A stretch of DNA of 64,000 nt from Verrucomicrobiota bacterium (GCA_050012035.1 JBEKHY010000003.1:104622-168621), one strand, 5' to 3'. Numbered from the stretch's first letter, positions 29,710 through 42,880 are shown. Program-made: numbers and translations. The notes: generated from the letters alone by a model not told the origin.

Positions 29710-32376
29710 TCAGACCCACGCCTTGCGGATCAGCCAGGTTTTGATGACCTGCGTCAGGGCGACGTAGCAAACCAGCGTCAGCGCCAGCAGCACCCAGAAC
29801 AGCCATGGCAGCGGCACGAACCCCAGCGGCCCCGCCAGGGGCGAATAAGGCAGGATCGCGCCGATGAGCATGATGAGGATGGTCGTCATGGAAAGCTGCC
29901 AGCTCGCCCGCGACTGGATGAACGGAATCAGGTTGGTGCGGATAACGTGGATGATGAGCGTCTGAGTCATCAACGATTCCACAAACCACCCGGTGTGAAA
30001 CAGCGCGGCGGCATAGGTGTGGTCGGCGTCGGCGACGTGGGCGAAGCGCGCCATCAATTCCGGCGGCGGTACCAGGCCGAGATTGCTGCATTTGAAAACA
30101 AACCACATCACGGCATAGGTGGTGTAGTCGAAAATCGAACTGATGGGACCGATGAAAACGATGAACTTGGCGATCTCGCCCATGTTCCAGGGTCGTGGTT
30201 TGGCCGTTTGCTGCGGGCCAACGTTGTCGGTTGGAATCGGGACTTGTGAAAAATCGTAAAGCAGGTTGTTGGTCAGGATTTGGATGGGAGCCATCGGCAC
30301 GTAGGGCAGCCAGGCGCTGGCGCCGATGACGCTGAACATGTTGCCGAAATTCGAGCTGGCACCCATGCGGATGTATTTGAGGATGTTCACGAACACTTTG
30401 CGGCCTTCGAGCACACCTTCCTCCAGTACCATCAGGCTCTTTTCCAGCAGGATCACATCGGCGGATTCCTTGGCAATGTCCACTGCGTTGTCCACAGAAA
30501 TGCCCACGTCGGCGGCGCGCAGCGCTGGAGCATCGTTGATGCCGTCACCCAGAAAACCGACCACGTGGCCCTTTTTCTGGAGCGCCTGAACAATGCGTTT
30601 TTTGTGCGCCGGGGAAAGCCGCGCGAACACGTCCATCGTTTCCACCGCCTCGGCCAGTTGGGGATCGGACATCGCCTCGACCTGGCTGCCGAGCAGGATT
30701 TTTTCCGCGTGGATGCCGACTTCGCTGCAAACCTTGCGCGTGACGAGGTCGTTGTCGCCGGTCAACACCTTGACCGTGACACCGTGCTGGCGCAAAACCT
30801 CAATGGCTTTGCCGGTGCTGTCCTTGGGAGGATCAAGGAACGCCAGGTAACCGGTCAAAACCAAATCACCCTCATCGGCCTTGGAAAAAGTGGTTTGATT
30901 GCCCAGTTTCTTGGTGGCCACGGCCAGCACGCGAAAACCATCTTCGCTCAATTCATCCACCTGCTGGACCAGGTCGCCGGCCAGAATCGGCTCCATCGGA
31001 AAAATCTCACCCTCGCTCTCAAAATGCGTGCATTTGGCGAACACCGCTTCCGGCGCACCCTTGGTCAGCAATTGCCGTTCGCCGTCCGGTCCTTCGACGG
31101 CCACCGACATCATGCGCCGTGAAAAATCGAAGGGAATTTCGTCCACCATCTTGTAAGTTTCGATGCCGAGTTCCTTGTGCAGTTCCTGGTAGCGCAGCAC
31201 GGCCCGGTCGAGGACGTTTTTCAGGCCCGTCTGGAAATGGCTGATGAGGTAAGCGTCGCGCAGCACCGCCTCGCTTTCGTTTTTGAAGACGTCGCAATGG
31301 ATTTCGAGGATGACGTGGTCAATGGTCAGCGTGCCCGTCTTGTCGGTGCAGAGCACGTCCATGGCGCCGAAGTTCTGAATCGAATTCAGGCGTTTGACGA
31401 TGACCTTCTTCTTCGACATCGCCAGGGCGCCTTTGGACAGGCAGACCGACACAATCATCGGCAGCATTTCCGGCGTGAGACCGACAGCCACCGCCAGCGA
31501 GAAGAAAAACGCCTCTTTCCAATCGTGCTTGGTGAGGCCGTTGATGACGAAGACCAATGGCACCATCACCGCCATGAAACGAATCATCAGCCAGGTGAAC
31601 CGCTTGATGCCCCGATCAAACGCCGTTTCAACCTGCTGGCCGGCCAGGCTGCGGGCCATTTTGCCGAAATACGTCTGCGCGCCGGTGGCGACGATGACGC
31701 CGGTGGCCGAACCGCTTTCCACGCTCGTGCCGAGGAAACAGATGTTCGAGTGTTCAATGGAGGAAATCTTTTCGCGCGAGTCGCAGGCATCGGTTTTCTC
31801 CACCGGCATGGACTCACCGGTCAGTGTGGCCTGAATGATGAACAGGTCCTTGGCGGAAATTAGGCGGACATCGCCGGGAACCATGTCACCGGCGGACAAT
31901 TTCACCACGTCGCCCGGAACGAGTTGCTGCAGGGGAATTTCCTGCGCCTGGCCGTCGCGCAGGACCGTGGCGGTGACCTTGATCATCGCCTTGAGTTTGG
32001 CCGCGGCATTGTCCGCCTTCGTTTCCTGCACAAAGCGCAACGATATTCCCAACACCACCATCAGGAGCATCACCATGCCGCCGGTGAAATCATCCGTGGC
32101 GAAAGACAGGATCGCCAGGATGGTGAGCAGAATCACCAGCGGATTGCGGGCGGCGATGTAGAGCCGATACAGCCAACTTTGCCGCCTTTCATGCGCTACT
32201 TCGTTGAGGCCGTGTTTTTCCAGCCGCGCCGACGCTTCCCCTTCGCTCAAGCCCGACAGGGACGCGCCCAACCGTTGCAACACGGCGGAGGCTTCCTCCA
32301 CCGCGGCGTCATGAACCAGGTCGGCCGTCTTATGATTGGTTGAATTCAAACCGGGCATATCATCAATCCGTGGCAA
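29710..32376 (-). CDS. mgtA: Magnesium-translocating P-type ATPase
   Basis: 888 aa. Has DKTGTLT, TGDN, GDGINDAPALRAADVGISV and the MgtA-type tail (MGASSNFGNMFSV). Confidence 0.92.
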   Translation of the reverse strand: MPRIDDMPGLNSTNHKTADLVHDAAVEEASAVLQRLGASLSGLSEGEASARLEKHGLNEVAHERRQSWLYRLYIAARNPLVILLTILAILSFATDDFTGGMVMLLMVVLGISLRFVQETKADNAAAKLKAMIKVTATVLRDGQAQEIPLQQLVPGDVVKLSAGDMVPGDVRLISAKDLFIIQATLTGESMPVEKTDACDSREKISSIEHSNICFLGTSVESGSATGVIVATGAQTYFGKMARSLAGQQVETAFDRGIKRFTWLMIRFMAVMVPLVFVINGLTKHDWKEAFFFSLAVAVGLTPEMLPMIVSVCLSKGALAMSKKKVIVKRLNSIQNFGAMDVLCTDKTGTLTIDHVILEIHCDVFKNESEAVLRDAYLISHFQTGLKNVLDRAVLRYQELHKELGIETYKMVDEIPFDFSRRMMSVAVEGPDGERQLLTKGAPEAVFAKCTHFESEGEIFPMEPILAGDLVQQVDELSEDGFRVLAVATKKLGNQTTFSKADEGDLVLTGYLAFLDPPKDSTGKAIEVLRQHGVTVKVLTGDNDLVTRKVCSEVGIHAEKILLGSQVEAMSDPQLAEAVETMDVFARLSPAHKKRIVQALQKKGHVVGFLGDGINDAPALRAADVGISVDNAVDIAKESADVILLEKSLMVLEEGVLEGRKVFVNILKYIRMGASSNFGNMFSVIGASAWLPYVPMAPIQILTNNLLYDFSQVPIPTDNVGPQQTAKPRPWNMGEIAKFIVFIGPISSIFDYTTYAVMWFVFKCSNLGLVPPPELMARFAHVADADHTYAAALFHTGWFVESLMTQTLIIHVIRTNLIPFIQSRASWQLSMTTILIMLIGAILPYSPLAGPLGFVPLPWLFWVLLALTLVCYVALTQVIKTWLIRKAWV

Positions 32377-32545
32377 TCAACGCGAACCGCCGGCAAAATA
32401 CTGCAAGCCAAATTGGCTTGGCCAGCTTTGGCTGCGTGATTTTTCGAAACCAGGGGCAAAGGCTTTTGCGGAAGAAATCAAATGAAGGACGCCGTGAACC
32501 GGTACCGCCAAATTTCAGCAGGGACTACTCAAGCGATGTAATCAC

Positions 32546-32821
32546 TCAGGCAATCTCATCACCGACAAAAATTTCCGTCCAGCCTGCGAACATGTTTGGC
32601 CGGTCTTCAACAAAGCGCCGGTGATGTTCAGCCATTTTCACCAGGCGGATTGCATTCTGAGGCAAACAGAGGGTGGTAAAGGGGTGTCCTGATTTTAGCC
32701 GCTGTCGGAACATCTGCCATTCAACCCCGAGGATAAAGGCGAGTTGCGGCGAGAGCTCGCGTAACGAGGGATCATCCATGTCAAATGACTCCACTAATTC
32801 AAACTCTTTCTTTTCCTTCAT
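32546..32821 (-). CDS. Hypothetical protein
   Basis: 91-aa ORF upstream of mgtA on the same strand. No motif recognised. Confidence 0.4.
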   Translation of the reverse strand: MKEKKEFELVESFDMDDPSLRELSPQLAFILGVEWQMFRQRLKSGHPFTTLCLPQNAIRLVKMAEHHRRFVEDRPNMFAGWTEIFVGDEIA

Positions 32822-32974
32822 GCAACCGGGAAAGCAGCAAGTCGCAGGCCAGATTTGTTTCGAGTTTCAGACCGTGCCGCCTGCAGTGATTTCGCCGGCT
32901 TGACGCCTCCGGCTGGGCAGCCTACTTTCCACTTATTCGGGGAGCCAACCCGGCTTGTTGTAGCGGCGGTCTAT

Positions 32975-33068
32975 GACCGTAGCTGGCAGGCAAAGGCTGA
33001 GAGGGCGACGCGGGAGCGTCGCCGACCCGTTGAACCTGATCCGGATAATGCCGGCGAAGGGAGCCACA
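32975..33068 (+). promoter_or_regulatory. TPP (THI-box) riboswitch upstream of thiC
   Basis: Contains the conserved THI-element strings GGCTGAGA and ACCCGTTGAACCTGATCCGGATAATGCCGGCGAAGGGAG, immediately 5' of thiC. Boundaries are approximate. Confidence 0.85.
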
Positions 33069-33087
33069 ATTCCTTCCCCCATTCCCG

Positions 33088-35238
<2,151 letters not shown>

Positions 35239-35256
35239 GTCTGCTAGATTAACGCC

Positions 35257-35457
35257 GTGAAGACGACGCTGCCTGAACCTGAAATTGTCACGCGCAAGGG
35301 CAAGCCCGTTTCCGTCATTCTGCCGATTGCCGATTACGAAGAATTGCTGGAACGGGCCGAAGATGCCTCTGACATTGCCTGGCTGAAGGCTGCCCGCAAA
35401 AAGCCGCGACAATATCGTCCACTCGAAGATTATCTGGCCGGACGCCGTCGCCGCTGA
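35257..35457 (+). CDS. Phd/YefM-type antitoxin
   Basis: 66 aa (GTG start). The pattern ...VTRKGKPVSVILPIADYEELLERAEDASD is the typical Phd/YefM N-terminal fold pattern. Sits 2 nt before a RelE/ParE gene. Confidence 0.8.
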   Translation: MKTTLPEPEIVTRKGKPVSVILPIADYEELLERAEDASDIAWLKAARKKPRQYRPLEDYLAGRRRR

Positions 35458-35459
35458 CC

Positions 35460-35714
35460 ATGTATCGCGTGTTCCTTGAACGCTCGGCCGAACGCGACCT
35501 TGGCCGTCTTTCCTCCGAGGTTCACGGCCGCGTTATTGCGGCAATTCAGGAACTCGCGAACAATCCGCGCCCGCCCGGTTGCCGCAAATTGGTTGGCAGC
35601 AAAAACGACTGGCGCATTCGCGTGGGCGACTACCGGGTGATTTATGAAATTGCCGATACCATCCGCGTGGTGCGCGTCAACCGCGTCCGCCACCGCCGTG
35701 AAGTGTATCGCTGA
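35460..35714 (+). CDS. RelE/ParE-family toxin
   Basis: 84 aa. Has ...AERDLGRL...[42 protein letters not shown]...[12 protein letters not shown], the hallmark RelE/ParE pattern. Confidence 0.85.
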   Translation: MYRVFLERSAERDLGRLSSEVHGRVIAAIQELANNPRPPGCRKLVGSKNDWRIRVGDYRVIYEIADTIRVVRVNRVRHRREVYR

Positions 35715-35721
35715 ATTTGAT

Positions 35722-35856
35722 ATGAAAATCACCGAAGACGTCCGCAAATACGCCGCCGAACAAGGCATCGCCGAGGAAGAAGCCATAAAAAAGGGCATGG
35801 AAGCCAAGTCGAAGGAGTTTGTAGAAAAAGGCGCGGAGGTTTACGCGAAGATGTGA
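35722..35856 (+). pseudogene. Displaced duplicate of the thiC 3' end (last 44 codons plus stop)
   Basis: Encodes [44 protein letters not shown]. The functional thiC C-terminus (35104-35238) is [44 protein letters not shown], so 40/44 aa are identical, with many synonymous differences. Confidence 0.85.
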
Positions 35857-35866
35857 TATGTCAGCA

Positions 35867-36865
35867 TTATTTTGCGATGACTAGTGACTTAAACTCATCG
35901 AACTGACTGGTATTTAAGTTTCCTACAATTTTACGAAAGGCTTCGTCAACAATTTGAAGAGTTATCCTTACCACTCCAACATCCAAAAATTTATTCCCTT
36001 GTTTCGCGTAAGGAGGATATTTCTGCTCATACGCCGCAAAAGCATTGGCGCCTAGCTGCAACTTTTCATCCAGCACATTGATGGATTTGATTCCAGCCTT
36101 GTTCATCTCTTCAATCACCATCCCGATCATCACAGCATCTGAACGTTCTCGGTTTGGAAATTGTTTTTTGAGATAAGCAGACATCGTATCAAAATTTATT
36201 TCTGTGTTTGAGGTCTCTTTTGGGCGATGCACAGCACCAGATGCCCTTTTGCGAGATATCTTGCTCGACTTAAAAAACATTTCGAAGTGCTGATCCGCGA
36301 CATAAAACAGTCCGCTCAACGCATTGAAATCCCGCTTTAATTCCGACGGCACGGCATTGGGTGTTTTATAATCCAAATAATGCGAGATGATCGACCATGC
36401 ATGCATTGAGATAGTCCTAACTTGAATCTCAAATCGCAGCAATTTTAGTCCGTCATATCTAGGGCCTTTGTGAGAGCGAGGAAGAGTGGCAATTAAATGA
36501 ACTGACAAATAGCCGAAAACATTTTCTTCTTTTGTAACGCGTTTATCATCGACCTCGACAATTTTGAAGCTCTTCCTAAGAACGGCAAATACGCGATCTA
36601 AATCAGATAAAAAAAGGCAAATGATCCGAAAACCCAAAATGTCATTGAGTTGATTAATTGGGTCAGCGAGTTCATCTCTCTCTGCTTTCTTAATTATTGA
36701 GTCGAAATTCTTGATTCGGTGTTCAATCGCATGAATCGGTATTTTTGCGCCTTTGAGCTGCTCGCTAAGAATAAATTGCACCTCATCCTCCAACCGCGCA
36801 TACAGTGGTTGAGATGAATTGTATTGGGCGAGTAGCGCTGATTTGTCCAAAACGACCGTTGCCAT
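35867..36865 (-). CDS. RelA/SpoT-domain nucleotide pyrophosphokinase (small alarmone synthetase / toxSAS-like) with an uncharacterised C-terminal domain
   Basis: 332 aa, clearly AT-richer than neighbours. Synthetase motifs: HRIKNFDSIIKK, NDILGFRIICLF, FGYLSVHLIA, FEIQVRTISMHAWSIISHYLDYK. The ~130-aa C-terminal extension has no recognised motif. Confidence 0.85.
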   Translation of the reverse strand: MATVVLDKSALLAQYNSSQPLYARLEDEVQFILSEQLKGAKIPIHAIEHRIKNFDSIIKKAERDELADPINQLNDILGFRIICLFLSDLDRVFAVLRKSFKIVEVDDKRVTKEENVFGYLSVHLIATLPRSHKGPRYDGLKLLRFEIQVRTISMHAWSIISHYLDYKTPNAVPSELKRDFNALSGLFYVADQHFEMFFKSSKISRKRASGAVHRPKETSNTEINFDTMSAYLKKQFPNRERSDAVMIGMVIEEMNKAGIKSINVLDEKLQLGANAFAAYEQKYPPYAKQGNKFLDVGVVRITLQIVDEAFRKIVGNLNTSQFDEFKSLVIAK

Positions 36866-37106
36866 TGACGCTTTGTAACATAGAGTTCAACTTCAAGCAC
36901 CATAATTGTCTTCCTTCAGACCGAGGTTCCGCGCGGAGTTTCAAGGCTTCAAGAGGCCGGCGAAATTGGTCCGGTGACGCCATAGCAGGAACAGCACGAA
37001 GGCTATCGAAAAAAACTGCAACCGGGGGTTGACCTGTCTATTGCTTCACACTTTAGCGTTTCCTGCGTCATGGCCGTGTGGCCATGACGAAACTGAACAA
37101 TGAACG

Positions 37107-37310
37107 ATGGATGTGAATGAACCTATGAAAGAAAATGTTAATGTGAAGGAATGGGTTGCCATGTTCCAGGAGATCGGCCTGGACCAGGCGAAGAGGAAAC
37201 AATGGCACAAGCTGTTCGAGACCCGCCACCCGGCCGGACACCAAAGTTTTCTGGAGTGGCTGGGACTGCCGACTAAAGAGATTGATGAAATCCGGGCAGC
37301 CAGCAAATAA
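37107..37310 (+). CDS. Small protein paralogous to the C-terminal domain of the adjacent MerR regulator
   Basis: 67 aa. KEWVAMFQEIGLDQAKRKQWHKLFETRHPAGHQSFLEWLGLPTKEIDEIR aligns with VELWVEMLEAAGMDQNARKRWHTEFERRAPEGHDEFLVSLGIPQKEVARIR of the next gene. Confidence 0.55.
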   Translation: MDVNEPMKENVNVKEWVAMFQEIGLDQAKRKQWHKLFETRHPAGHQSFLEWLGLPTKEIDEIRAASK

Positions 37311-37367
37311 TCGGCACGCGGGATTGGTGGCGCCCGGCGCGCCGCCACCCTTCGGTTCCTGACGGCG

Positions 37368-37910
37368 ATGAAGACTTATTCGATTTCCAAGCTGGCGCGG
37401 GCATTTGGCCTGTCACGCAGCACATTGCTGTACTACGACCGGTTGGGGCTGCTGCCGCCATCCGGACGAACTGGTTCCGGATATCGCTGCTACACAGACA
37501 AGGATCAGCGGCGGTTGGAGCGGATTTGCTATTTCCGGGAGGCGGGCCTGACGCTGAAAGAAATCCGGGCCGTGCTGTCGTCGGGCGGCAAACCGGGGGC
37601 AAAGCTGGTGGAGCAGCGGATGCGCGAAACGGCGGCGAGCATTCTGAGCTTGAGAAACCAGCAGCGGCTTTTGGCGGTGATGCTGAGCCGGATTGCTTCA
37701 GGGAAACCTCCGCCGGTGGTCAATGTGGAGTTGTGGGTTGAGATGCTGGAGGCAGCGGGCATGGACCAGAACGCCAGGAAACGGTGGCATACGGAATTCG
37801 AGCGGCGCGCGCCAGAGGGACATGACGAGTTTCTGGTTTCGCTGGGAATTCCGCAAAAGGAAGTGGCAAGGATCAGACGGTGGAGCCGGGGGGAAGGGAC
37901 CCTGGAATAA
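37368..37910 (+). CDS. MerR-family transcriptional regulator
   Basis: Has the N-terminal MerR HTH (YSISKLARAFGLSRSTLLYYDRLGLLPPSGRTGSGYRCY...L.RI...REAGLTLKEI). Confidence 0.85.
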   Translation: MKTYSISKLARAFGLSRSTLLYYDRLGLLPPSGRTGSGYRCYTDKDQRRLERICYFREAGLTLKEIRAVLSSGGKPGAKLVEQRMRETAASILSLRNQQRLLAVMLSRIASGKPPPVVNVELWVEMLEAAGMDQNARKRWHTEFERRAPEGHDEFLVSLGIPQKEVARIRRWSRGEGTLE

Positions 37911-37954
37911 ACAAGAGGGTGCTCATTTTTGCATATTTGCGCCTCAAATACGAA

Positions 37955-38872
37955 TCACTTCGGAATCATTCCGATTGTCCCCAGCCACGTCTCCACCAAT
38001 TGAGGCCATTCCGTAATCGGAAACTTCGCGCGTCGCAGCCCAAACGCATGCCCGCCCTGCGCATACAAATGCATCTCCACGGGAACCCCGGCGTTCTTCA
38101 GCGCCAGGTAGTAAACCAGCGAGTTGTTCACGTTGTCCACCGGGTCATTCTCAGCCTGCACCAAAAACGTGGGCGGCGTATTGGTGGTAACAGGAACATT
38201 CGGATTCAACTCAAAATTCCCATCGTCTTTCCACAGATGTCCCGGATAAAGAGCTATCGCAAAATCCGGGCGGCAGCTTTCTTTGTCAGCCGCATCCACC
38301 GCCGGATACAAACGCTTGTCAAAATGTGTGCTCATCGCTGCCACCATATGCCCCCCGGCCGAAAACCCGATCACTCCAATCTTGTGCGGATCAACATGCC
38401 ACCCGGCGGCGTGAAAACGCACCAGCCCCACCGTCCGCTGCGCATCTTCCAACGCCGGCGGCGACTCCGCATACGCCCCCGATCCCCGGGTCGGCACACG
38501 ATATTTCAAGAGCACCGCGGTGATGCCCCTGGACGTCAGCCAATCACAGATCTCCGTGCCTTCAAGATCGATGGCCAGACAATTGTAGCCTCCGCCGGGA
38601 AACACGACTACCGCAACGCCCGTATTCGTTCCCTTTGGCGAATAGACCGTCATCGTCGGCTGCGAGACGTTGCATACCGCAATCCATGATACGCCGCCAG
38701 GCGACAACACGTTCGTCACATACTCCGGCCCCGGGACAGGCTGCACATCAGGCACTGTCCCCGGCCAGATCGGGATTTGTGTGTGTCCCGGCGATGGCTG
38801 CCAAGCAGGCGTCTGCGCGCTCAGACCGCCACACGCAAACACAACACCGAGAGCAAAGATCAAAGGCTTCAT
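37955..38872 (-). CDS. Secreted alpha/beta hydrolase (esterase/lipase-type)
   Basis: Signal peptide MKPLIFALGVVFACGGLSAQ from ATG 38872. Nucleophile elbow GFSAGGH, plus the VVVFPGGGY oxyanion region. Confidence 0.8.
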   Translation of the reverse strand: MKPLIFALGVVFACGGLSAQTPAWQPSPGHTQIPIWPGTVPDVQPVPGPEYVTNVLSPGGVSWIAVCNVSQPTMTVYSPKGTNTGVAVVVFPGGGYNCLAIDLEGTEICDWLTSRGITAVLLKYRVPTRGSGAYAESPPALEDAQRTVGLVRFHAAGWHVDPHKIGVIGFSAGGHMVAAMSTHFDKRLYPAVDAADKESCRPDFAIALYPGHLWKDDGNFELNPNVPVTTNTPPTFLVQAENDPVDNVNNSLVYYLALKNAGVPVEMHLYAQGGHAFGLRRAKFPITEWPQLVETWLGTIGMIPK

Positions 38873-38880
38873 CACAATCC

Positions 38881-39113
38881 TGGAGATGACAGACCGGGCG
38901 TGTGCAGTCAAGCACAAGGCTTTTTCCGAAGAAAAGGAATCCCGCCACGAAATCACGTTGCGGATGGATGAGGCGCGACGACTGCTCCGCGAAACGAAAA
39001 AGAGCATGGTGGACGTTGCCCTTGACATGGGCTACGCCAATCCCAGTCATTTCGCACAACTCTTCCGCAGAGAAACGGGCCTTTCCCCGAGCGATTACCG
39101 TCGGCAGCGTTGA
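38881..39113 (+). pseudogene. AraC-family regulator remnant (only the distal HTH half)
   Basis: ...RMDEARRLLRETKKSMVDVALDMGYANPSHFAQLFRRETGLSPSDYRRQR is the second HTH of AraC/XylS proteins. No sensor domain or first HTH lies upstream. Boundaries are approximate. Confidence 0.5.
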
Positions 39114-39132
39114 CGCCGCCTGGTTTGCCGCC

Positions 39133-39687
39133 TCACGGCGCGGGTTCCGCCAGCAACTTCTGGACGACGGTTTCGACGTGTTGAGGTTGCAAGCCGATCG
39201 CGCGTACCATGCCTTTGCGGTCAATGACGGCGTAGGTCGGATAATAGTGCACCGCCCAGGCTTTCTGCGACTTAAGCTCGGGATCGCGGGCGGCCGGGTA
39301 TTCAATGCTGTGTTCCTTGGCGTTGGTGGCAAAATTTTCCTGTCCGCGCTTGTTGGTGCAAACGCCGATGATCACCAGACCCTTGGACTGATATTTTTTG
39401 AGCATCTCGTTGTTATGGGGAATGGCCCGCATGCAGGGGCCGCACCAAGTTGCATAAAAATCCACGACGACGACTTTGCCCTTCAGGTCGGCGGGCTTGA
39501 CTTCACCATTGATCCATCCGGTGACGTCCAGCGGCGGCATCGGCTTGCCTTCCAAGGCGGCGTGGCTGGCGCGTTGCTCCGGTTTGCTGTCCCAAGTCCA
39601 ACTGTCGGGAAATTCACCGGCGGAAGCGGGCAGCAGGCCCCAGAGGAGTGAACCAAAGGCGATAAGAAGTAGTTTCTTCGTGCTCAT
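39133..39687 (-). CDS. TlpA/redoxin-family thiol:disulfide oxidoreductase (secreted)
   Basis: Signal peptide MSTKKLLLIAFGSLLWGLLPASA. Thioredoxin motif VDFYATWCGPC. Confidence 0.85.
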   Translation of the reverse strand: MSTKKLLLIAFGSLLWGLLPASAGEFPDSWTWDSKPEQRASHAALEGKPMPPLDVTGWINGEVKPADLKGKVVVVDFYATWCGPCMRAIPHNNEMLKKYQSKGLVIIGVCTNKRGQENFATNAKEHSIEYPAARDPELKSQKAWAVHYYPTYAVIDRKGMVRAIGLQPQHVETVVQKLLAEPAP

Positions 39688-39754
39688 GCGGCACGGATTA
39701 TCACAACCAGCGTTGGTTGACAATAGTGAAGCTCTCTGCCAGGGGAGGAATTGA

Positions 39755-40909
<1,155 letters not shown>

Positions 40910-40928
40910 GCACCGAACACGAGGAAAT

Positions 40929-41573
40929 ATGCGAGTCGGTATTCTAGGTTCGGGATTGATGGGCGGCAAACTTGGGACGCTCTTCGCGCGTGCGGGGCAT
41001 GAGGTGGTTTTCAGCTACGCGCGCAGCAGGGAGAAACTGAACCGGCTCGCGCGCGACGCCGGTGGTAACGCGCGCGCCGGCACACCGCGTGAGGCCGCGC
41101 AAGGAGCGGCTGCTCTTTTGTTGGCCGTGCACTGGTCTCGAATAGACGACGTGTTGAACCAGGCAGGTGATTTGTCGGGCAAGGTCATCGTAAGCTGCTC
41201 GCTCCCGCTGAATGCTTCCAATACCGAACTCGTTCTCGGTCATACGACGTCGGGCGCGGAGGAGCTGGCCAAAAAAGTTCCCGATGCAGAGATCGTCTCC
41301 GCGTTCAACAACATTCCCAGCGAAGTGCTGTTCGGCGTGTTCGAGGCCCGAGGCAAAGCCACTCCGCCGAGCATGGTGTATTGTGGAGACAAACAAAGGG
41401 GCAAAAATATCACTGCCACGCTGATTCGTGACGTGGGTTTCGAGCCGATAGATGTCGGCTCTCTGAAGAACGCGCGTTACACCGAGCCGCTCGCGATGAT
41501 TATCGCTCATCTCGCGTATGGAGGACCTGAAGGCCCGGAACTGGCATACCGGTTTGAGCGATTTGGAAAATAG
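40929..41573 (+). CDS. NADP-dependent oxidoreductase (F420-oxidoreductase-like Rossmann protein)
   Basis: Has the dinucleotide fold [26 protein letters not shown]. Overall pattern resembles NADPH-dependent F420 reductase-like proteins. Confidence 0.75.
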   Translation: MRVGILGSGLMGGKLGTLFARAGHEVVFSYARSREKLNRLARDAGGNARAGTPREAAQGAAALLLAVHWSRIDDVLNQAGDLSGKVIVSCSLPLNASNTELVLGHTTSGAEELAKKVPDAEIVSAFNNIPSEVLFGVFEARGKATPPSMVYCGDKQRGKNITATLIRDVGFEPIDVGSLKNARYTEPLAMIIAHLAYGGPEGPELAYRFERFGK

Positions 41574-41584
41574 GAGTCAAAATT

Positions 41585-42331
41585 ATGAGCAATAACATCA
41601 AAGGGAAAGTCGTTGTGATTACAGGCGCGAGCAGCGGATTGGGCGAGGCGACCGCCCGGCTTCTTTCCGCAGAAGGCGCAAGCGTTGTGCTGGGCGCGCG
41701 GCGCGTCGAGCGTCTCAAGTCATTGGCAGACGAATTGACCGCTAAAGGCGGCAAGGCGCTCGCCGTCGCCACAGACGTCACCCACTGTGACCAGGTGAAG
41801 AGATTGGTTGATGCAGCCGTGCAAACGTTCGGGCGCATTGATGTCATGATTAACAACGCCGGGTTGATGCCGCATTCGCCACTCGAACGCCTCAAGATTG
41901 ACGACTGGAATCGGACGATTGACGTGAACATTAAAGGCGTGCTGTATGGCATTGCCGCGGCGCTGCCATACATGAAGCAGCAGAAAGCAGGGCATTTCAT
42001 CAACGTCTCCTCGGTGGCCGGTCATAAAGTTACCCCGAACGGAGCGGTTTATTGCGCGACCAAACATGCCGTGCGCGCCCTGTCTGAAGGACTGCGCGTG
42101 GAAGTGAAGCCCTATAATATCCGCACGACAATCATTTCACCGGGCGCGGTCGCTACGGAATTGCCGAACAGCATCACTGAAGCAGACGTCGCCGAGAACA
42201 TTCAGAAATTTTATAAGGCATTCGCGATCCCTGCCGATTCATTCGCGCGGGCGGTCGCCTTCGCCATGAACCAGCCAGACGACGTGGACGTGAACGAGAT
42301 TCTATTCCGGCCCACGCGTCAGGAGTTGTAA
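41585..42331 (+). CDS. Short-chain dehydrogenase/reductase
   Basis: Has [12 protein letters not shown] and YCATKHAV (YxxxK). Confidence 0.9.
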   Translation: MSNNIKGKVVVITGASSGLGEATARLLSAEGASVVLGARRVERLKSLADELTAKGGKALAVATDVTHCDQVKRLVDAAVQTFGRIDVMINNAGLMPHSPLERLKIDDWNRTIDVNIKGVLYGIAAALPYMKQQKAGHFINVSSVAGHKVTPNGAVYCATKHAVRALSEGLRVEVKPYNIRTTIISPGAVATELPNSITEADVAENIQKFYKAFAIPADSFARAVAFAMNQPDDVDVNEILFRPTRQEL

Positions 42332-42381
42332 GCGATTTAGAATGACCAAATAAAAAAAACGAAAAGTGAAAGGAATTAAAT

Positions 42382-42777
42382 ATGGAAATTAAAAGAATTG
42401 GTTCACAGCCTTCCAACAAAGGACCGGCCGACTGGTTTACCGGCATGGTGCGCATTGACTCACCGTTCAAGGGAAGCGATCCCGCGCGTGTTACCGGCGC
42501 AATCGTCACGTTTGAACCCGGCGCTCGAACCGCATGGCACACCCATCCGCTGGGGCAGACACTGATTGTGACGGCTGGCTGCGGACGTGTGCAGCGCTGG
42601 GGAGGACCGATCGAAGAAATTCGACCGGGTGACGTGGTCTGGTTCCCGGCAGGCGAGAAGCATTGGCACGGCGCCGCACCAACCACGGCCATGACCCACA
42701 TCGCCATTCAGGAACAGCTCGAAGGCAAAGCGGTTGATTGGATGGAAAAAGTCAGCGATGAACAATACAAAGCGTGA
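42382..42777 (+). CDS. Cupin-domain protein
   Basis: 131 aa. Has the cupin motifs [18 protein letters not shown] and [17 protein letters not shown]. Confidence 0.8.
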   Translation: MEIKRIGSQPSNKGPADWFTGMVRIDSPFKGSDPARVTGAIVTFEPGARTAWHTHPLGQTLIVTAGCGRVQRWGGPIEEIRPGDVVWFPAGEKHWHGAAPTTAMTHIAIQEQLEGKAVDWMEKVSDEQYKA

Positions 42778-42880
42778 CTGACCGGCCGAATGAAAGGCAG
42801 CCAATCATGGGCAGAGTCTGGTTTACCACAGGCGCGAGTTGGTTTACTTTGGCGGCGGTGATACGTTCGCCAGCAAGTCC

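Noticed and set aside
32377-32545. Possible Mg2+ riboswitch (M-box) or mgtL-type leader upstream of mgtA.
   Set aside because: I could not find M-box conserved strings. There is only a 7-bp hairpin (CAAGCCA-att-TGGCTTG) with a weak T-run on the mgtA strand, which is not enough evidence.
35644-35856. 70-aa track ORF overlapping the relE 3' end.
   Set aside because: Only the part from 35722 has meaning, as the duplicated thiC terminus. The upstream part is an out-of-frame overlap with relE, so it is annotated as a gene fragment rather than a new gene.
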